From Candidatus Pacearchaeota archaeon (GTDB lineage: Archaea > Nanobdellota > Nanobdellia > Pacearchaeales > GW2011-AR1), in assembly GCA_050303855.1 (NCBI GenBank), contig JBNLCO010000010.1, positions 124,093-188,092 of the forward strand: DNA of 64,000 bases. Reading direction: 5' to 3'. The notes beneath the pieces are model-generated. The model made no database searches, was not told the DNA's origin, and saw nothing but the letters and a program-made list of their open reading frames with translations. The translations under genes and the position numbers were made by a program. The stretch's first letter is position 1, and every line of letters begins with the position of its first letter. Positions 1-7,872 of the stretch are shown here, one piece after another.

Positions 1-1097
1 AGTATTTGTCCTGCAAGAAAGGCTGACTTCTCGCTAAGGTCTTCTGGACCTTCTTCGGAAGGATTGAGAACTTTGATTATGTCAATTAGTTCTAGGATGG
101 GCCCAATTCCATTTCCTATAGGCTCGTTTCCATTTGTCAAAACAACTTTTATGTTTATTTTGAAGTGTTTCCCTAATTTTTCAAAATCTTTCTTAAGCTT
201 TAGTGCTTCAATTTTTCCAACTTTTGCGGTTTTACCGTAAGGGATATCAATTAGAATGTGTTTGCTTCCTGCAGCAATTTTCTTGGACATTATTGAAGCT
301 AATAACTGTGATCTTGGATCAACTTTTAGCATCTTTTCTACTTTAAGGATTTTAGAATCAGCGGGCACAAGGCCTAAAGAACCTCCCCAAATAAGGAATG
401 CTCCCGTCTTCTTTATTATGCTCTTGAGTTCTTTTAGATTAAACTCTACTTTTGCAATCGCCTCTATCACATCTGCAGTTCCAGCCGCACTTGTAATTGC
501 CTTTGAAGAAGATTTAGGAAATATCAGTCCTGATGCGGCACAAATTGCAACTACGATAGGAGTTGTTCTGTTTCCAGGAATTCCCCCAATACAATGCTTA
601 TCTACAACTATCCCTCTACTGAATTTCAAAATGTTTCCAAATTTTAGGAAAGAATTTATTGTGCTCACTGTTTCTTTAAAATTCATTTTATTTTGGTATA
701 TTGCAGAAATGAACAGAGCTATTTCTGGTTCAGAAAGAGAATTATCTACTACGTCTTTTACAATTTCATCTATTTCTTGGGGAGTCAATCTTTTTCCATT
801 TAGTTTTTTTCTTATGTAGCTTAAACTCATAGGAGATTTAGCAAGGTTAACATCTATTTTTTGTCCATCTCTTAAACCCAAATGATTTGTTATTTCTGTA
901 GATATTCCAAGCTCACCTTTTTTTACTAACTTATTTACAATATCAACAATAGTAGAAAACTCCCCATCTTTTTTTGATAGAGGGGTTATTGAAATTCTAT
1001 CGCCTTCATGAACTCCAATTTCTGAAGAAGTATCCCTATGAAGCATAGCAACAGGCAATCCGGCAGACCAATCTAGAATTTTTACTTTTAATTCCAT
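1..1097 (-). CDS. deoA: AMP phosphorylase / archaeal thymidine-phosphorylase-family enzyme; the C-terminal part runs off the window
   Basis: Not in the ORF track because it is open at the window edge. Manual minus-strand translation from the ATG at 1097-1095 gives MELKVKILDWSAGLPVAMLHRDTSSEIGVHEGDRISI...DKHCIGGIPGNRTTPIVVAICAASG...SKAITSAAGTADVIE. These are glycosyl-transferase-family-3 / AMP-phosphorylase-type motifs. The + strand ORF 256-819 is its antisense shadow. Confidence 0.75.
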   Translation of the reverse strand, partial: MELKVKILDWSAGLPVAMLHRDTSSEIGVHEGDRISITPLSKKDGEFSTIVDIVNKLVKKGELGISTEITNHLGLRDGQKIDVNLAKSPMSLSYIRKKLNGKRLTPQEIDEIVKDVVDNSLSEPEIALFISAIYQNKMNFKETVSTINSFLKFGNILKFSRGIVVDKHCIGGIPGNRTTPIVVAICAASGLIFPKSSSKAITSAAGTADVIEAIAKVEFNLKELKSIIKKTGAFLIWGGSLGLVPADSKILKVEKMLKVDPRSQLLASIMSKKIAAGSKHILIDIPYGKTAKVGKIEALKLKKDFEKLGKHFKINIKVVLTNGNEPIGNGIGPILELIDIIKVLNPSEEGPEDLSEKSAFLAGQI

Positions 1098-1100
1098 TGT

Positions 1101-2135
1101 TTATCTTGGGCTTTCTATAAATGCCCCTGGAACTTTTTTATCTCTATAAATTTCAAGAACTATAAGCAAGTAAGCTAGTATTAACGGCCCCAAAATAATT
1201 CCCATTATTCCGAATAAGAATAATCCTCCAATCATACCTATAAGTATAACAGAAGAATTCATTTGAGTTCTTCTTGATACAAACACTGGTTTTATGAAGT
1301 TCTCTATGATTGAAGATATCACCCCAAATATTGCAACACCAAATGCACCAAAGGTATTTCCACCTATGAGAAGATATATTGTAACGGGGATCCAAATAAT
1401 GGTCGTACCAATTATAGGGAATATACCTGCAAGAGCTGCAAGGGCGGTAAGCAATAACGCGTTAGGAACTTTAAACAAGTAGAAACCAATACCTGCAACA
1501 ATACCCTGCACAATACCAATAATTATTTGTCCGTATAAAACAGAAAGTGTTATGTCTTTAGAAGATTTGAATAATTTCTTTTCTACTTCTTTAGAGAAAG
1601 GTATCAAACTTTGTATATAGGCTATCATTTCTTTTTTGTCCCTTAAAACAAAATAGAAAGTGAAGAAGGTTACCAATAATTGTAAAAATAATGTTGGGAA
1701 ATTTAAAATCAAGTTAGAAAGAGAATTTGTCATAGAATTTGTTGTTCTTGTTACAAAGGTTCTTATGGCAGATCCAATTTCATTTGAGAATGCTTCAGAT
1801 TGGAATAGCGAAGGGAAAATCTTTTGGAAAGGTGTAACAAAATCAATTTGTTGTGAAGCTAAGTAGAATTTTATTGACTGCTGAATCATTATTGGAGCAA
1901 GGTACCAAATAGGCAAGACTATCAAAACCAATAAAATCAAACAAACAATCGTAGCAGAAATATCCTTAGAACGTAACATTTTGTAGAGCCATTGATATAT
2001 TGGCATAAAAATAAAGGCCAATAATATACCTATGATAATTGCCATTAGTATCGGTTTTAGAAGTAGAAAAGATAAAACTATCAAAACTGCTAGAATAATT
2101 GTTGTGGAAATCTTTTTGAAATAATCGTCAACCAT
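1101..2135 (-). CDS. AI-2E family transporter (PerM/UPF0118-like permease)
   Basis: 344 aa polytopic membrane protein. The C-terminal region (GIFPIIGTTIIWIPVTIYLL...ENFIKPVFVSRRTQMNSSVILIGMIGG) is typical of the AI-2E/UPF0118 family. Its stop lies 3 nt upstream of the deoA start, so the two are probably co-transcribed. Confidence 0.8.
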   Translation of the reverse strand: MVDDYFKKISTTIILAVLIVLSFLLLKPILMAIIIGILLAFIFMPIYQWLYKMLRSKDISATIVCLILLVLIVLPIWYLAPIMIQQSIKFYLASQQIDFVTPFQKIFPSLFQSEAFSNEIGSAIRTFVTRTTNSMTNSLSNLILNFPTLFLQLLVTFFTFYFVLRDKKEMIAYIQSLIPFSKEVEKKLFKSSKDITLSVLYGQIIIGIVQGIVAGIGFYLFKVPNALLLTALAALAGIFPIIGTTIIWIPVTIYLLIGGNTFGAFGVAIFGVISSIIENFIKPVFVSRRTQMNSSVILIGMIGGLFLFGIMGIILGPLILAYLLIVLEIYRDKKVPGAFIESPR

Positions 2136-2212
2136 TTTTTTAACCTCTTTTAACGTTAATGGGAAGAAGATTGTATATTTAAAGTTTGTCCATATAAGAA
2201 TGGTTAAAAAAA

Positions 2213-2220
2213 TTTATAAA
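2213..2220 (+). promoter_or_regulatory. TATA-box-like element (TTTATAAA) about 26 nt upstream of the ATG at 2242
   Basis: An A/T-rich box at the spacing expected for an archaeal TBP/TFB promoter driving a leaderless mRNA. The same geometry recurs at many operon-leading genes in this window. Confidence 0.5.
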
Positions 2221-2241
2221 GACAGTTGATAGAATCTATTT

Positions 2242-2949
2242 ATGAATTTCATAAAAAAAGTTGCTGATAAGCATTTTGATGAGTCTGTTCATTTGCAGTT
2301 TCAAAAATTCTCTAAAGGAGAGTTCAGAAATAGGGCTATAATTGAAGCTAAAAATTCTAAAGGAAAATATACAATCAAAACTTCTGCGGAATTCTCCAAT
2401 GAACTCGTTAGAGATGTTGCTGAAAAACTTGGAAGTAATAAATCAAAAATTACAGGAGCGATTGTTTCTACCTCTGATCTAAAGGGAGAGTTAGAATTTA
2501 AAGAAGTTAAGCAATTTCAAGGCGTTAAAAGATATTTGATTGATAGTGAAATGTCGGGCGAGGAGATTATCAAGTTATTGGATAAATTCCCAAAGAATTT
2601 CTTTGCACTTTCTTTCAAATTGGAAGATGGAACTGAACTTAAGATAAAACCCAAAGCTCCTAAATCAGGAAAACCGGGGAAGGGAGAGGAAGCTCCTAAA
2701 GCAGATTTCTGTGTTTTGAAAACCACAGATAAAGATTTAGCAGAAGGATTTATCTTTGAGCAACCAATGTTTAAGACTGCAAAGATTAATCATACTTTCT
2801 TTATTGATAAAATAGAGATACCAGAAGATTTGAAGAGTTCTAAAGATTTTGCAATGATAAGGGAAATGTCAAAAAGAATTGGGAGAATTATAAGAAATGC
2901 TGAAATTGATGATAAAAAGCTTGAGGAAGAATTGAGCTTTGAGGCTTAA
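2242..2949 (+). CDS. hypothetical protein (235 aa), no family recognised
   Basis: Clean ORF with its own TATA-like box. Lys/Glu-rich soluble protein with a central KPKAPKSGKPGKGEEAPK linker. Confidence 0.6.
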   Translation: MNFIKKVADKHFDESVHLQFQKFSKGEFRNRAIIEAKNSKGKYTIKTSAEFSNELVRDVAEKLGSNKSKITGAIVSTSDLKGELEFKEVKQFQGVKRYLIDSEMSGEEIIKLLDKFPKNFFALSFKLEDGTELKIKPKAPKSGKPGKGEEAPKADFCVLKTTDKDLAEGFIFEQPMFKTAKINHTFFIDKIEIPEDLKSSKDFAMIREMSKRIGRIIRNAEIDDKKLEEELSFEA

Positions 2950-3069
2950 ATGAGGATTAGGCCTTTATTTGCATGGTATGATTTTTGGGTTGGATTATTT
3001 TGGGATAAAAACAAGAAAATACTCTATTTCTTTCCTATTCCCATGTTTGGACTAAAGTTCGTGTTCTGA
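2950..3069 (+). CDS. 39-aa micro-ORF (MRIRPLFAWYDFWVGLFWDKNKKILYFFPIPMFGLKFVF), putative small hydrophobic protein
   Basis: Below the ORF-track length cutoff. Its ATG directly follows the TAA of the upstream gene (TAA|ATG). It is aromatic-rich with a WYDFWVG..FWDK..K.LYFFP pattern. Confidence 0.35.
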   Translation: MRIRPLFAWYDFWVGLFWDKNKKILYFFPIPMFGLKFVF

Positions 3070-3171
3070 TCTATGGGATCTACCCACACAAGGTTTATAA
3101 ACCGAAATTTTCTATGATTTATATTCCAGGGTAGGACAAAATGAGATCCGCATCATTGACAATTATAGAAA

Positions 3172-4128
3172 ATGCCAACAAGAAAATCACCAAGAAAAGG
3201 AAGCTTGCAATTTTGGCCTCGAAAGAGGATCAACAAATTTTTGCCTAGAGTTAACTGGAGTGCTATTAATTCTGATAAGAAATTGAAGGGATTTGTTGGA
3301 TATAAGGCAGGGATGGTTTCTGTTGAAGTTAAGGATTTAACTGCCAATTCAATGACTAAAGATAAGAAGATAATTATTCCGGCTACAGTTATTGAATGTC
3401 CTAAGATGAAAATCTTTTCGGTTAGATTCTACAAAAATGGGGTCGTTAAGAAGGATGTTTTAGCTGAACAATTCGACAAGGAACTTAAGAAAAAGGTTAA
3501 GGTTCCAAAAGAGAATAAATTGAAGCTTGATTCTGTAAAAAGTGAGAATTATGATGATGTTTCTGTTATTGCTTATACTGTTGTTAAGAAAACAGGATTG
3601 AAGAAGAAACCAGATATGGCTGAAATTGGTATTTCAGGTTCAAGTGTTGATGAGAAATTAAGTTTTGTTAAAGAGAATTTGAATAAAGAGTTGAGTGTTA
3701 CGGATTTATTCGCTTCAGGAGATTTAGTTGACTTTAGAGGTTTAACTAAAGGTAAAGGTCTTGTTGGTCCTGTAAAGAGATTTGGAATTACATTAAAAGC
3801 TCATAAGTCGGAGAAAGGTGTTAGAAGACCAGGTAATGTTGGTCCGTGGCATCCTGCAAGAGTTACTTTTAGAATCCCTATGGCAGGTCAATTAGGGAAG
3901 TTTACAAGAGTACATTATAATCAAAAAGTTATTGTAACTGGAAATGATGAAGAAGTTAAGAAATCTTTGAAAGCGATAAAGAACTATGGAAATGTTAACA
4001 TGGATTATGTTATTGTTTCTGGTTCAGTTCAAGGTCCAGCAAAGAGACAAGTGTTTATTACTGCTCCTTTGAGAAAAAGTAAAATGTCTGCAAAGAAGAA
4101 TTATGAATTCGGGAGAATATTGAGATAA
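3172..4128 (+). CDS. rpl3: 50S ribosomal protein uL3
   Basis: N-terminus MPTRKSPRKGSLQFWPRKR and the ...GKGLVGPVKRFG...GPWHPARV motifs; first gene of the S10-like cluster. Confidence 0.95.
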   Translation: MPTRKSPRKGSLQFWPRKRINKFLPRVNWSAINSDKKLKGFVGYKAGMVSVEVKDLTANSMTKDKKIIIPATVIECPKMKIFSVRFYKNGVVKKDVLAEQFDKELKKKVKVPKENKLKLDSVKSENYDDVSVIAYTVVKKTGLKKKPDMAEIGISGSSVDEKLSFVKENLNKELSVTDLFASGDLVDFRGLTKGKGLVGPVKRFGITLKAHKSEKGVRRPGNVGPWHPARVTFRIPMAGQLGKFTRVHYNQKVIVTGNDEEVKKSLKAIKNYGNVNMDYVIVSGSVQGPAKRQVFITAPLRKSKMSAKKNYEFGRILR

Positions 4129-4129
4129 A

Positions 4130-4375
4130 ATGGATATTGGAGAATCAATGGCGAAGAGAAAAATGATTGAAGAATTTAAGAAGTTAGAAATTGTAGCAGA
4201 AGCATTTTCTGAGGTTAAGGGGAATGTTGCTAAAGACAAAGATCTTGGGATGAGGATTGATGAAACAACAGAATTTCATTATAATATTAAAACAAATTAT
4301 GAAGAAGCAAAGGGAAAATTCGTTGGAGAAGATGGAATGCAATATGCTTTTGAAATAAGGAGATATAACGATTAA
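4130..4375 (+). CDS. ORFan A (81 aa) inserted between uL3 and uL4; acidic, no family recognised
   Basis: TAA-A-ATG junctions on both sides, identical to genuine r-protein junctions. By my count 18 D/E versus 14 K/R, so it is not r-protein-like. Confidence 0.6.
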   Translation: MDIGESMAKRKMIEEFKKLEIVAEAFSEVKGNVAKDKDLGMRIDETTEFHYNIKTNYEEAKGKFVGEDGMQYAFEIRRYND

Positions 4376-4376
4376 A

Positions 4377-5216
4377 ATGAAAACTAAAACATACGATTTA
4401 ACAGGGAAAGAAAAAGCAGAAATTGCATTACCCAAAGAATTTAGTTCTAAGGTAAGAGAAGATATTGTTTCTAAAGTTCTTGAAGCTGCAAAGAAACATC
4501 AACCTTACTCTCCAAGTCCTGTTGCAGGAAAACAACATTCTGCCAAAGGAAAGATTGTACATAGAAGACATGTTTGGAGAAGTGGTTATGGTAGAGGAGC
4601 ATCAAGAGTACCAAGAAAAATATTCTCACAGAAAGGTTCAAGATTTAATTGGGAAGCTGCAGAAGTTCCATTCGCAAGAGGCGGTATGAGAGCTCACCCT
4701 CCAAAGATAGAACACTTCTTAAAAGAACTTAAGATCAATAAGAAAGAATTAAAGATTGCTTTTGTATCTGCATTGAGTGCAACAGCTTCTGAAAAATATG
4801 TTGTTGATAAATATGCTACAGTAAATAAATTGAATAAAAAAGTGCCATTCATCTTAACTCTTGGAAATACTGAAAACTTGAAAGTTAAAGATTTACTTAA
4901 TGGTTTGAAAGGTATGCTTGGAGAAGAACTTTACAATATTGCAATAAAGAAAAAATCAATTAGGGCTGGAAAAGGAACAATGAGAGGTAGAAAATACAAA
5001 TCAAATGCAGGTATGCTTTTAGTTGTTGGAAAAGATGAAATTGGAAAAGTAAAAACTAAAATGTTTGAAGTTGTTTCGGCTGGAGAACTTGGAGTTACAG
5101 ATCTTGCCCGAGGAGGATTAGGAAGATTAACTGTTTATACTGAAAATTCTGTTAAAGAATTAGAAAATAAGTTTAATGGTAAAACTGAAAAGAAAGTGGA
5201 GGAAAAGAAAAAATGA
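4377..5216 (+). CDS. rpl4: 50S ribosomal protein uL4
   Basis: Contains ...HQPYSPSPVAGKQHSAKGKIVHRRHVWRSGYGRGASRVPRK...; position in the operon. Confidence 0.95.
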   Translation: MKTKTYDLTGKEKAEIALPKEFSSKVREDIVSKVLEAAKKHQPYSPSPVAGKQHSAKGKIVHRRHVWRSGYGRGASRVPRKIFSQKGSRFNWEAAEVPFARGGMRAHPPKIEHFLKELKINKKELKIAFVSALSATASEKYVVDKYATVNKLNKKVPFILTLGNTENLKVKDLLNGLKGMLGEELYNIAIKKKSIRAGKGTMRGRKYKSNAGMLLVVGKDEIGKVKTKMFEVVSAGELGVTDLARGGLGRLTVYTENSVKELENKFNGKTEKKVEEKKK

Positions 5217-5545
5217 ATAGTGTAGAAATTAAAGTTGTTGAAAATTGGGAAAAACCTGAAGTTTTCAGGACTTTAAAAGAAAAAGATTTGATAAGTGATA
5301 AAGAAGTTGTATTTGAATCCTTCAAGTTGAGAGGAGAAGGAACTTCTTTAATTCATACGCTCCAGAGAGTCAAGCCAGGAATTGTGAAGGTTAAAAAATA
5401 TTATTTTGAATCAGGTAAATTGAGCAGTAACGCAGGAGTGGATTATTGGACCAATTCACTGGATATAGGATATAATCCAGAAGCAAAATCAGATCAAATA
5501 CTTTATGATGCAGAAGATAAATTCCTAAGAGAGGCAGGATTATGA
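5213..5545 (+). CDS. ORFan B (110 aa) inserted between uL4 and uL23; no family recognised
   Basis: ATGA start/stop overlaps at both ends (5213-5216 and 5542-5545). GGAGG lies 10 nt upstream of its ATG (5198-5202). Confidence 0.6.
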   Translation: MNSVEIKVVENWEKPEVFRTLKEKDLISDKEVVFESFKLRGEGTSLIHTLQRVKPGIVKVKKYYFESGKLSSNAGVDYWTNSLDIGYNPEAKSDQILYDAEDKFLREAGL

Positions 5546-5778
5546 GACCAATAGCAACTGAAAAAGCAGTAATGAAAATTGAAGCAGAGAATGTAATGAC
5601 CTTTGAATTTGATAAAAGAATGAATAAAGAGGACATTAAGAAAGAAATTGAAGAGCTTTTAGATGTTAAAGTTGATTCGGTTAAAACGCAAATAAGAAAG
5701 AACAAGAAAATTGTTTACGCTAAATTAAATAAGAAGAACCTTGCAATTGATCTTGCAACTAAATTAGGAATGATGTAA
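5542..5778 (+). CDS. rpl23: 50S ribosomal protein uL23
   Basis: 78 aa, MRPIATEKAVMKIEAENVMTFEFDKRMNK...; operon position. Confidence 0.9.
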   Translation: MRPIATEKAVMKIEAENVMTFEFDKRMNKEDIKKEIEELLDVKVDSVKTQIRKNKKIVYAKLNKKNLAIDLATKLGMM

Positions 5779-5779
5779 A

Positions 5780-6478
5780 ATGGGAAAGAGAATAATACAA
5801 CAGGCACGGGGAAAGGGAAGTTCAACTTATAGAGTTAAGAGAAAAGCTTTCAGTCACAAAATCCAATATCCAAGAGGATTAACTGGAGAAGGAAGAATTG
5901 TAAAGTTATTCTTAACTGGTGGACATAGTGCTCCGCTTGCAAAGATAAACTGGTCTGGAGAGAGTTTTTATGTTCCTGCATTCAAAGGAATGGTTCAAGG
6001 AGAGAAGATTAATTTTGATTCAAAAGAAATTGTTAAAGGAAGTATCCTTGAGTTAGGAGATATTCCACTTAAGACAAAGATATTTTGCATTGAATCGAGA
6101 CCTGGAGATGGTGGAAAGTTCATAAAGACTGCAGGAAGTTCTGCAGAAGTTGTTAGAAGGGTCGGCAAAAATGTTCATGTATTAATGCCGTCGAAAAAAG
6201 AAAAACCTTTTAACCCGAAATGTCGGGCTATTATTGGTGAAGCTGCTGGTCATGGTAGAACAGACAAACCAATAATGAAAGCTGGAAAGCAACATCATAT
6301 TAAGAAAGCAAAAAGTAAATTATGGCCAAGAACAGGTGCATTGAAAGTTAATGCTATCGATCATCCTTTCGGTTCAGGTAGAGGAAAGAACCCTAAGAGC
6401 AAGATTGCAAAGAGAAATTCAGCTCCTGGTCAAAAGGTTGGTTTATTGAGACCAAGAAGGACAGGTAAGAGAAAGTAA
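5780..6478 (+). CDS. rpl2: 50S ribosomal protein uL2
   Basis: Contains MGKRIIQQARGKGSSTYR...AIDHPFGSGRGKN... Confidence 0.95.
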   Translation: MGKRIIQQARGKGSSTYRVKRKAFSHKIQYPRGLTGEGRIVKLFLTGGHSAPLAKINWSGESFYVPAFKGMVQGEKINFDSKEIVKGSILELGDIPLKTKIFCIESRPGDGGKFIKTAGSSAEVVRRVGKNVHVLMPSKKEKPFNPKCRAIIGEAAGHGRTDKPIMKAGKQHHIKKAKSKLWPRTGALKVNAIDHPFGSGRGKNPKSKIAKRNSAPGQKVGLLRPRRTGKRK

Positions 6479-6479
6479 A

Positions 6480-6848
6480 ATGGAAATGAAATTACAAACA
6501 ACTGGAATAAAGTATGAAAATCTAGTTGGAAAAGGATTAGAACTTTTTTGTGAAAGTGCGGTCAATAAAGATGAAAATGTTGTGGGAAGGTATCTTCCTG
6601 GAATTGAGGGACAAGAGATAACCTATTTAGGAAATTTAGGACATAGATTCGGAGAAAGAGATTTATTTGGATTTGAAGAAGACAATAAATTGACTGTCCT
6701 TGTTGGAAACATAAAAGACATTACTGGAAACAGGGCAACGTTAAGCACCTTTGTTCAAAGCATTTCCCCAAATTTTTACGGAACTGAAAATTTGAGTGAT
6801 GAGATTTTAAAACAATGCAAAGAGATTTTGTCAGGAGTAAAAGAATAA
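6480..6848 (+). CDS. ORFan C (122 aa) inserted between uL2 and uS19; no family recognised
   Basis: TAA-A-ATG junctions on both sides. Gly/Glu-rich, not basic. Confidence 0.6.
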   Translation: MEMKLQTTGIKYENLVGKGLELFCESAVNKDENVVGRYLPGIEGQEITYLGNLGHRFGERDLFGFEEDNKLTVLVGNIKDITGNRATLSTFVQSISPNFYGTENLSDEILKQCKEILSGVKE

Positions 6849-6849
6849 A

Positions 6850-7254
6850 ATGGTAGATATAGGATCACAAAAGAAACAATTCAAGTATCGAGGCAAAGAT
6901 ATTGAAGAGTTGAAGGCTTTAGATACTCGAGAGGTTGCAAAATACCTTGATTCGAGAGCTAGAAGAACTGTACTTAGAAACTTCCAAGAAATTGAGGATT
7001 TCCTTCAGAGAGCTAAGAGAAAACAATCAAAGAATAAGAAGATTAAAACTCATAAGAGAAAATTGATAGTTGTTCCTCAAATGGTTGGAATGCAAATCCA
7101 AGTACATAACGGAAGAATGTTTATTCCAATTGAGGTTGTCCCGGAGATGATCGGACATTATTTGGGAGAATTTTCATTAACAAGGGCAAAAGCTTCACAT
7201 AGTAAATCAGGAGTTGGTGCTACTAAGGGTAGTAGAGCCAAATCCAAGAAGTAA
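6850..7254 (+). CDS. rps19: 30S ribosomal protein uS19
   Basis: Contains ...IVVPQMVGMQIQVHNGRMFIPIEVVPEMIGHYLGEFSLTR... Confidence 0.95.
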   Translation: MVDIGSQKKQFKYRGKDIEELKALDTREVAKYLDSRARRTVLRNFQEIEDFLQRAKRKQSKNKKIKTHKRKLIVVPQMVGMQIQVHNGRMFIPIEVVPEMIGHYLGEFSLTRAKASHSKSGVGATKGSRAKSKK

Positions 7255-7259
7255 GTAAA

Positions 7260-7871
7260 ATGACAGAAAAACAATACGCTCCAAGTGCTAAAGAAAAGAA
7301 GATGTCTACAAAGAAAGTAGAATCCCCAGTAGCAGAAGCTCCTAAAAAGGTTGAAGCTAAAGAAAATAAAACTGAAGAGAAAAAAGTTGAAGAAAAGAAA
7401 ACAGAAGTAAAGCAACCTGTTAAAGTTACAAAAGTTAAGAAAGATCTTGCTGTAGTTAATGCAAACAATTCAAAAGTTTCATTAAAATATGCAATAAGCA
7501 TTTGTAAATTCATTAAAGGCAAAAGAATTGGCGATGCGATAAGAGATTTAGAAGCAGTTGTTGTTAAGAAAAAGGCAGTTCCAATGACTGGAGAGTATGC
7601 GCATAAGAAAAGTGTAAAGAAATATGCATCAGGTGCTGGAAAATACCCTGTTAATGCTGCAAAGGCTTTCCTTGTGTTGGTTAAAAGCCTTTTAGGAAAT
7701 GCTAATGCAAATGACATAAATGAACCTGTAATCACTGAATGTATTGCAAACAAAGCCCCCAAACCAATGGGAAGATTTGGAAGATGGGAAAGAAAAAGAT
7801 GCCACATCAAATTGGTTGCAAGAGAAATTAAAGTTAAAGAGAATAAAGCTAAGACAGAGGAAAAGAAATAA
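7260..7871 (+). CDS. rpl22: 50S ribosomal protein uL22 with an N-terminal Lys/Glu-rich extension of about 60 aa
   Basis: The core ...VSLKYAISICKFIKGKRIGDAIRDLEAVV... is preceded by MTEKQYAPSAKEKKMSTKKVESPVAEAPKKVEAKENKTEEKKVEEKKTEVKQ. Confidence 0.9.
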   Translation: MTEKQYAPSAKEKKMSTKKVESPVAEAPKKVEAKENKTEEKKVEEKKTEVKQPVKVTKVKKDLAVVNANNSKVSLKYAISICKFIKGKRIGDAIRDLEAVVVKKKAVPMTGEYAHKKSVKKYASGAGKYPVNAAKAFLVLVKSLLGNANANDINEPVITECIANKAPKPMGRFGRWERKRCHIKLVAREIKVKENKAKTEEKK

Positions 7872-7872
7872 A

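Noticed and set aside
256-819. 187-aa + strand ORF in the track.
   Set aside because: It lies entirely antisense to the well-supported AMP phosphorylase gene (1-1097, minus strand). Its Leu/Phe/Ile/Ser-rich composition is the typical shadow of a Lys/Glu-rich AT-biased gene.
3074-3150. Nested inverted repeat GGGATC-TACCC ... GGGTA-(11 nt)-GATCC upstream of rpl3, considered as a possible autoregulatory leader structure.
   Set aside because: The 5' arm lies upstream of the best TATA-like box (3094-3101), so it would probably not be in the transcript. The arms are short (5+5 bp) and such matches are expected by chance.
7223-7810. 195-aa minus-strand ORF. The similar long antisense ORFs at 7692-8090, 8793-9197, 9515-10099 and 14276-14569 belong with it.
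   Set aside because: All are antisense to confidently identified r-protein genes. They are F/L/S-rich because AAR/GAR codons read as YTT/YTC on the other strand. No independent start signals were seen.
7744-7872. 5'-extended starts given by the ORF track for uS3 (7744), uS14 (11687), uL6 (12371, TTG), uL30 (15112), DUF106 (17654), FkbM (24412, TTG), GT4 (26311, TTG), GT-A (41409), GT2 (42945) and the P-loop kinase (34479).
   Set aside because: Each extension overlaps the upstream gene. In every case an in-frame ATG exists at the canonical TAA-N-ATG or ATGA junction, or behind a TATA box, and it gives the conserved N-terminus.
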